Virus record (IMG/VR): IMGVR_UViG_3300014656_000017
Span: 1 to 64,000 of that record
Reading direction: 5' to 3' (one strand)
Length of the DNA: 64,000 bases
Source: a virus
The position numbers were made by a program, and so were the translations under genes. This document shows positions 58,957 to 64,000 of this stretch, piece by piece. The notes under the pieces are model-generated. The model ran no database searches. It was not told where the DNA came from and saw only the letters and a program-made list of their open reading frames with translations. The number at the start of each line of letters is the position of its first letter. The first letter of the stretch is position 1.

Positions 58957-59847
58957 CTAATTTGCTAATTTTTCTTGAGATTCTATCAAAAAATAATCAG
59001 TTGTTAATTGATCTGCAGGAACCCATTTGGCAAAAAGATGGATATTATCATCTGTAATTTTATTAACATCATTTTTATGAACAACATATATTTTATGATC
59101 ATTAGTGCACTTTAATGAATTGTTAATTTCAACCACTTCTTTACTATTATCAAATTTAAATGTTGTTGTAACTTCTTCGTATTTACCTGTATGAGTTAAT
59201 ACTATTTCACCTGGTTTAATGTCCTGTATTTTTCTTTGTCCTGTAGATGTTGTAATTTTTGTATCAGGTAAAAAACACCCACCCGCTATGCCAACTTTTG
59301 CTACATCAGCACCCCATTCATTTAAATCATAAACAGCTTCCGGTGTACAAACATTACCTGCAATTAAGCATATTTTAGACCTCTCTGATCGAGACCATTT
59401 AAACAATTCGCTTGTAATCCATAGTAACATTTTTTTTGTATGTTCATGATGACCATGAGCTACATCAATACAAAAGATTCGAGCACCAGCGCAATATAAT
59501 TCTGCAAACCTTTCTTTATCTTCTGCTTGTACACCAAGAGAAACACCAATGAGAGGTATATTATAATCATTATCAGGGGTTGTTACCCATCTATAATCAT
59601 CTCTTGCTTGTTGTATAGTATCAAATCTGTGTAAAATACCTAACCCACCAGCGTCCCACATTGTAGTTGCCATTTTAGGACCTGTAATATTTTTCATATT
59701 AGCAGAAATTACAGGAAGTTTTAAAATTACATTATTATGGATCTTGCTGGAAATGTCTACATCATTGCGACTAGCAATAGTGCTATAAACTGGTTTAATA
59801 ACTACATCACTAAAATGCTCTGAGTATTTATTGTTGTTCATATCCAC
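58957..59847 (-). CDS. IMPDH/GMP reductase N-terminal fragment, ending in a 106-aa split-intein N-half (58960-59277)
   Basis: F.DV...P, SR, PVISANM, GGLGILHR, IDVAHGH, IAGNV.T, KVGIAGG|CFLPDT...CTNDHKIY. Confidence 0.92.
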   Translation of the reverse strand: MDMNNNKYSEHFSDVVIKPVYSTIASRNDVDISSKIHNNVILKLPVISANMKNITGPKMATTMWDAGGLGILHRFDTIQQARDDYRWVTTPDNDYNIPLIGVSLGVQAEDKERFAELYCAGARIFCIDVAHGHHEHTKKMLLWITSELFKWSRSERSKICLIAGNVCTPEAVYDLNEWGADVAKVGIAGGCFLPDTKITTSTGQRKIQDIKPGEIVLTHTGKYEEVTTTFKFDNSKEVVEINNSLKCTNDHKIYVVHKNDVNKITDDNIHLFAKWVPADQLTTDYFLIESQEKLAN

Positions 59848-60052
59848 ATTTCCTTTGAATACATTTATGATACCAAAATTTGGGGAACTTCCACCTGTAT
59901 TTTCTAGTCATATGGCTTTCACACTTTGGACAAAAACCAACTATGCAATCCAACGGGCTGTCAAAAAGTACGCGGTTAAGTGGTGGTTTCGGAGGCGCCG
60001 GCGGGTTTATGTGTTTTTCTGATCCATTTTTATTACATAGTATTATATTCAT
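59828..60052 (-). CDS. Small Zn-binding protein
   Basis: CPKC...C...C; directly downstream of TTGCTT-N16-TATAAT (60060-60087). Confidence 0.55.
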   Translation of the reverse strand: MNIILCNKNGSEKHINPPAPPKPPLNRVLFDSPLDCIVGFCPKCESHMTRKYRWKFPKFWYHKCIQRKCGYEQQ

Positions 60053-60243
60053 AAGACAAATTATATAATGAATTTTAAAAAAAGCAAGTTACTTTAAGGT
60101 CATTTTTATAGTAATTGATTCTTTGAAAATTGTCGATTCATAATTGGAGATTTGGCAAGATTCAAAATTGTAGTCTTTCGATTCGTAGCTGAAACTTTAT
60201 TCAATATAGTTAACCAAAGAAATATAATACTCACAATCTTCCT

Positions 60244-62160
60244 TTATTTAACAGGGCATACACCACTAGCACATTCGATTCCTTCAATATCCTCACCTGA
60301 AGATTTTATAATATGAATAGGCTGGAGTTTAGAGGTAAGCTCGGTATATTCTTCTTTAGTAATTTCTTGTAAAACAGGTTGCGCAAATCCATGATCACTA
60401 TGAAGCAAAAAACTAACTGATTTAATACTATTATCGTAATTATGTTTTAGCCATTCTTTTATTCCTGTTAGCTCTTCTTTTTTATAATACACAGTTACGC
60501 TAATAGAATTATCTGACCAAATAGTTTGAAGATTTTTAACCATCTCAAGCTGTTGAATAGCAGACATATCTTTTGCTAAAATGGTTTGTTCAGAAGACTC
60601 ACAAGGAAAAGAAACTACACAAGTATTATGATCATATGAACCATCAAAATTTAAAACGAATTCAATAGGATATCCTAAACTACGACAATATGCAACTAAT
60701 GGATCAGTAGCACCAATTCTCACTCTACGAATATAGTGTTGACTATAAGCAGGATGAATCCCAGGAGTGGAACCACTTAATAATGAAAGAGTTCCGCTTG
60801 GCTTACATGTAGAAAGCTTAATACTTTCATTCCATCCTCTTTCTTTACTCCATTGTTTATCAAATTTTCTAAGCTCTTTATAACATTCATCCAACCATTC
60901 TAATTTATCTATTGATTGACATATACCGGTCACTCCCAATCCTAATCTCATATTCTTATGTACTACTTTAGTTGTTTCCTCATGAATAAAGTTCATTGAA
61001 GCAACAGCTTTCTGTGTTTTATATAAAAGTTTAGCACAGGTAATAAGTTCTTCTTTTGAGGTAATATTGTTCAAATATAATTCCGCAAGATTACAACATT
61101 CTTTATCTGATAGAAAAATTTCAACGCACGGATTTGCGCCATCAACAGGATCTTTACATGGTTCACCTAAACGACCCATTTTTTGTGCTAATGGCAGATT
61201 AATAAAACCATAAGGCTCACCCTGTCCATTATACCCATCCCATACATCTCTCATAATGTGTGAATATTCATCTGCATAGATGGTATTATTAGACATAGCT
61301 CGCCAATTTGGAATATTGCCTAAATCCCATCGTTTAGCTCTAAGGAATAGATAATCATCTGGATCGCCAAGAGCAACCTCAGCACTTCTCCTCACATTGC
61401 CCGATACCACAAGCATTCCAATGATATTACAAATGTCTAAAACATCTATAGAACGTAACTTCTTTCCTTCTCTGCTTCTAAGAACATTTACAATTTTATC
61501 CATATTTTCAACAAGCAATTTCGGTCCACTTGCTTGACCACCAAAACTTCTAATATCTTCACCTTGACCTCTAACTAAGATAGTAGAATACGTAAATGAT
61601 TTTCCTTTAATAAAATATGCTTTTAAAATTTGTCTAAGCAATAAAATAAAACCTTCGCGGGAATCGGGTACAATAAAATTAGCATCTTTAGTTAATTCGT
61701 GTTTAATAAAAACATCTCTTTTAACTCTTGGCAATTCGTGAATATCTTCTGATTTTACAGAAAATCCAACACCGCCACCTAACATTAAATTCTCAAAAAG
61801 AAAACAGAAATCATCAATATTACGAATAGAAGTAAACCAGCAATTTAATAAACTGTTACCGCCAAACTTACGAACTACATTTGTACCTAACTGCCACAAC
61901 ATCCGCCCGGCATAATTACACTTTAAATTGAACATTAAATCATAAAGTTGTTCTGCTTCTTCTTTAGTGTAACCCGCTCCTATTTCTTGAGCGCCTTCAA
62001 TACTCCGCGCAATAGTTTCCCACCATTCTTCTGAAGTATCATCTTCTTTTTTACGCGCATAGGTTCTTTTGAAAACAATATACCCTAATCCGTTAAACCC
62101 CCAATTGGGTTGTTTGTTTTTATATTTGCTGAGAAAGTCTGGTGAAAAAGATTTAAACAT
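60244..62160 (-). CDS. nrdJ: Class II (adenosylcobalamin) ribonucleotide reductase, monomeric type
   Basis: RTYAR, GRMLWQLG, LNCW, GGGVG, GNVRRSA, NPCVE, CNLAE, KPSGT.S, C-terminal CASGVCP; start corrected to MFKSF. Confidence 0.92.
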   Translation of the reverse strand: MFKSFSPDFLSKYKNKQPNWGFNGLGYIVFKRTYARKKEDDTSEEWWETIARSIEGAQEIGAGYTKEEAEQLYDLMFNLKCNYAGRMLWQLGTNVVRKFGGNSLLNCWFTSIRNIDDFCFLFENLMLGGGVGFSVKSEDIHELPRVKRDVFIKHELTKDANFIVPDSREGFILLLRQILKAYFIKGKSFTYSTILVRGQGEDIRSFGGQASGPKLLVENMDKIVNVLRSREGKKLRSIDVLDICNIIGMLVVSGNVRRSAEVALGDPDDYLFLRAKRWDLGNIPNWRAMSNNTIYADEYSHIMRDVWDGYNGQGEPYGFINLPLAQKMGRLGEPCKDPVDGANPCVEIFLSDKECCNLAELYLNNITSKEELITCAKLLYKTQKAVASMNFIHEETTKVVHKNMRLGLGVTGICQSIDKLEWLDECYKELRKFDKQWSKERGWNESIKLSTCKPSGTLSLLSGSTPGIHPAYSQHYIRRVRIGATDPLVAYCRSLGYPIEFVLNFDGSYDHNTCVVSFPCESSEQTILAKDMSAIQQLEMVKNLQTIWSDNSISVTVYYKKEELTGIKEWLKHNYDNSIKSVSFLLHSDHGFAQPVLQEITKEEYTELTSKLQPIHIIKSSGEDIEGIECASGVCPVK

Positions 62161-63133
62161 TATTTTTAACTTGCTCCTCAATCCATTTATATGTTGGTTC
62201 AATGCCTCTTACTAGTGGCCATTGTGATTTCCATCCTGTTGAATATATTTTGTTGTTACTAAAATTGCGAGATTGTACACCTACTGGACCATCTATATGA
62301 TTAATGATTATATCTTTATTTGCAATTTTTGCAATAGTGTATGCTAGTTCATCTACAGAAACATATTCAGGATTGCCTATGTTAGTAGGACCTTTTAAAT
62401 CAGAATGCATTAATCTGTAAATACCTTCAACCATATCTTCTACGTAAGTATATGATCTTACGGCAGTTCCATCACCCCAAACATCTATAGTTCCTTTATT
62501 ACCTTTTATTTCCGCAATTTTTCGACATAGTGCAGCTGGAGCCTTTTCTCTTCCACCTTTCCATGTTCCATACGGCCCATAACAATTTTGAAAACGTGCA
62601 ATACGTACAGAAATATTATATTTTCTTCCGTATGCTTCTACAACACGTTCTGAATATAATTTCTCGAAACCGTACTCATTATGAGGCATTGCTGGATAGG
62701 CTTGTACTTCATTCATTTCAGGTTCTCCTATTTTCATGTCACGGTATACACAAACAGAAGAAGAATAAAAATACCTTCCAGGTACTCCAGGTACTCCATA
62801 GTTTGCTGTACAAGCAGCATGTATCATATTAACATTAATAAGAACATTGTTTCGCATGATATCTGTTTCTGCGCTGTGAATGAATCCCATTCCGCCCATG
62901 TCAGCTGCTAAAGAATATATTTCATCATAAGGTTTCCAAAAAGGATTTAACATAGCCAAATCACAATTTTGTGGAATTCTTAAATCTAATAGTTTAAATT
63001 CGTCACAAGAAAGAGATCGATATTCTGGATTCTTAATATCTACACCTCGAACCCAATATCCTTGTTTTTTAAGATACTCTACCAAATGCCCGGCAATGAA
63101 ACCGCCGGCGCCAGTTACTAGTGCTGTTTTCAT
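62153..63133 (-). CDS. NAD-dependent nucleotide-sugar epimerase (GDP-mannose 3,5-epimerase-like)
   Basis: VTGAGGFIA, LAADMGGMGFI, YG.EK, GGREKAPAALCRK, WGDG...RS. Confidence 0.9.
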   Translation of the reverse strand: MKTALVTGAGGFIAGHLVEYLKKQGYWVRGVDIKNPEYRSLSCDEFKLLDLRIPQNCDLAMLNPFWKPYDEIYSLAADMGGMGFIHSAETDIMRNNVLINVNMIHAACTANYGVPGVPGRYFYSSSVCVYRDMKIGEPEMNEVQAYPAMPHNEYGFEKLYSERVVEAYGRKYNISVRIARFQNCYGPYGTWKGGREKAPAALCRKIAEIKGNKGTIDVWGDGTAVRSYTYVEDMVEGIYRLMHSDLKGPTNIGNPEYVSVDELAYTIAKIANKDIIINHIDGPVGVQSRNFSNNKIYSTGWKSQWPLVRGIEPTYKWIEEQVKNNV

Positions 63134-63141
63134 AGACTCCT

Positions 63142-63972
63142 TTACATATAATTACTAAGTTTAATATAATCTAAATATTCTTCAAGGAATATCTCTTTAA
63201 TTTGTTTATCTTCTATTTGCAAATCGTGAGGCTCTGTAAAAAACAATCCACTATCCTTTAATTCATCATACCAATAGTACATGTCAGACAACATTTGTTG
63301 AACAGGAATAGTTCCTAATCTAATTGCTTCAAAAAAACGCAAACATATAAATTTACCTACACCCAATGGACATAATGCATATTTATATTCACTGAGTGTT
63401 TGTAAATATTGCTGGTACGTTAATTTTCTATCTGTACTGATTATTTCTAATGGAATTTTACCATTAAGCTTTCTTAGCATATCTGCACGTTTACTATACT
63501 CGTTTTGGTTAAATCTCCCTAAAAATAATACAACATCTTTCTTAGGTTTCTTTTCAACATTAAACACCATACTCTTCGATAGGTAAAATTTATTAAGAAT
63601 TGTTTTATTCAATAAATTAGCATCGTCAATGTCTGCAACAAATTGCGTTACATTTTTAAATGAATTTACAGCATTTTGATTATCAATATTCCACGGAAAT
63701 GGAGAATTGTAAATTTTATCAAAGTTAAAAATGATAACTTTGACATTTTGTTCATTTACACTATTAATAAATTGTTTTGTACTCCACACGTCTCTGTTTG
63801 GATGAAAATGTTCATCTACAATATATAAATGCGAAATACCTTCTATATCATTTATTGTGTTAATATCTTTAAAGGCCTCATTTGGAAAAAAGTTTTTTAA
63901 TGCCATTCTATAATTTTGAAACATACTATGGCCTACTAATTCTAAACTGTCGTGACATAATAGTCCTATCAT
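63142..63972 (-). CDS. Exostosin/GT47-like glycosyltransferase
   Basis: F.G...R...L, Y...L...KYALCP.G....RFFEA...G.IPV. Confidence 0.7.
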   Translation of the reverse strand: MIGLLCHDSLELVGHSMFQNYRMALKNFFPNEAFKDINTINDIEGISHLYIVDEHFHPNRDVWSTKQFINSVNEQNVKVIIFNFDKIYNSPFPWNIDNQNAVNSFKNVTQFVADIDDANLLNKTILNKFYLSKSMVFNVEKKPKKDVVLFLGRFNQNEYSKRADMLRKLNGKIPLEIISTDRKLTYQQYLQTLSEYKYALCPLGVGKFICLRFFEAIRLGTIPVQQMLSDMYYWYDELKDSGLFFTEPHDLQIEDKQIKEIFLEEYLDYIKLSNYM

Positions 63973-64000
63973 GTTATTTCCTTCTGAGGATCTAAAAATA

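Noticed and set aside
1-64000. tRNA genes, CRISPR arrays, integrase/att sites, IS elements
   Set aside because: None recognised by eye; intergenic spaces are short. A tRNAscan/CRISPR scan was not run

Overview
AT-rich segment of a large T4-like (myovirus/jumbo-type) phage genome in standard genetic code. It has four parts. (i) An accessory/late region (1-17.7 kb) with Pro-linker glycoside-hydrolase-like proteins, DenV, a nucleotidyltransferase, neck gp14, RNase H, ThyX, NADAR and several probable head-packaged proteins. (ii) The terminase large subunit. (iii) A contractile tail/baseplate module (gp3, gp18, gp19, gp54-like, gp26, gp51, tape-measure-like, two gp48-like, gp53, gp27, gp5). (iv) A minus-strand replication/nucleotide-metabolism block (clamp-like, FolE2, gp32, DHH, gp41, NMP-kinase-like, TGT/DpdA-like, UvsX, PolB, glycosyltransferase, gp46, IMPDH/GuaC, NrdJ, epimerase, GT47-like). 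The most striking feature is four inteins, two of them split across separate ORFs. TerL carries a class-3 cis intein plus an atypically split intein (43-aa IntN, 114-aa IntC ending His-Gln), with a decayed endonuclease-like remnant between the halves. The IMPDH/GuaC gene is broken by a canonical split intein with an intact Vsr-like endonuclease between its halves. Also notable: a candidate 7-deazaguanine DNA-modification set embedded among the replisome genes, a NADAR with a capsid-targeting-like leader, and a regular promoter grammar (TAAATA-N6-ATG leaderless late genes; TTG...-N16-TAWWAT promoters). No tRNA, rRNA or CRISPR array was recognised. All assignments come from motif reading only; no database search was run.
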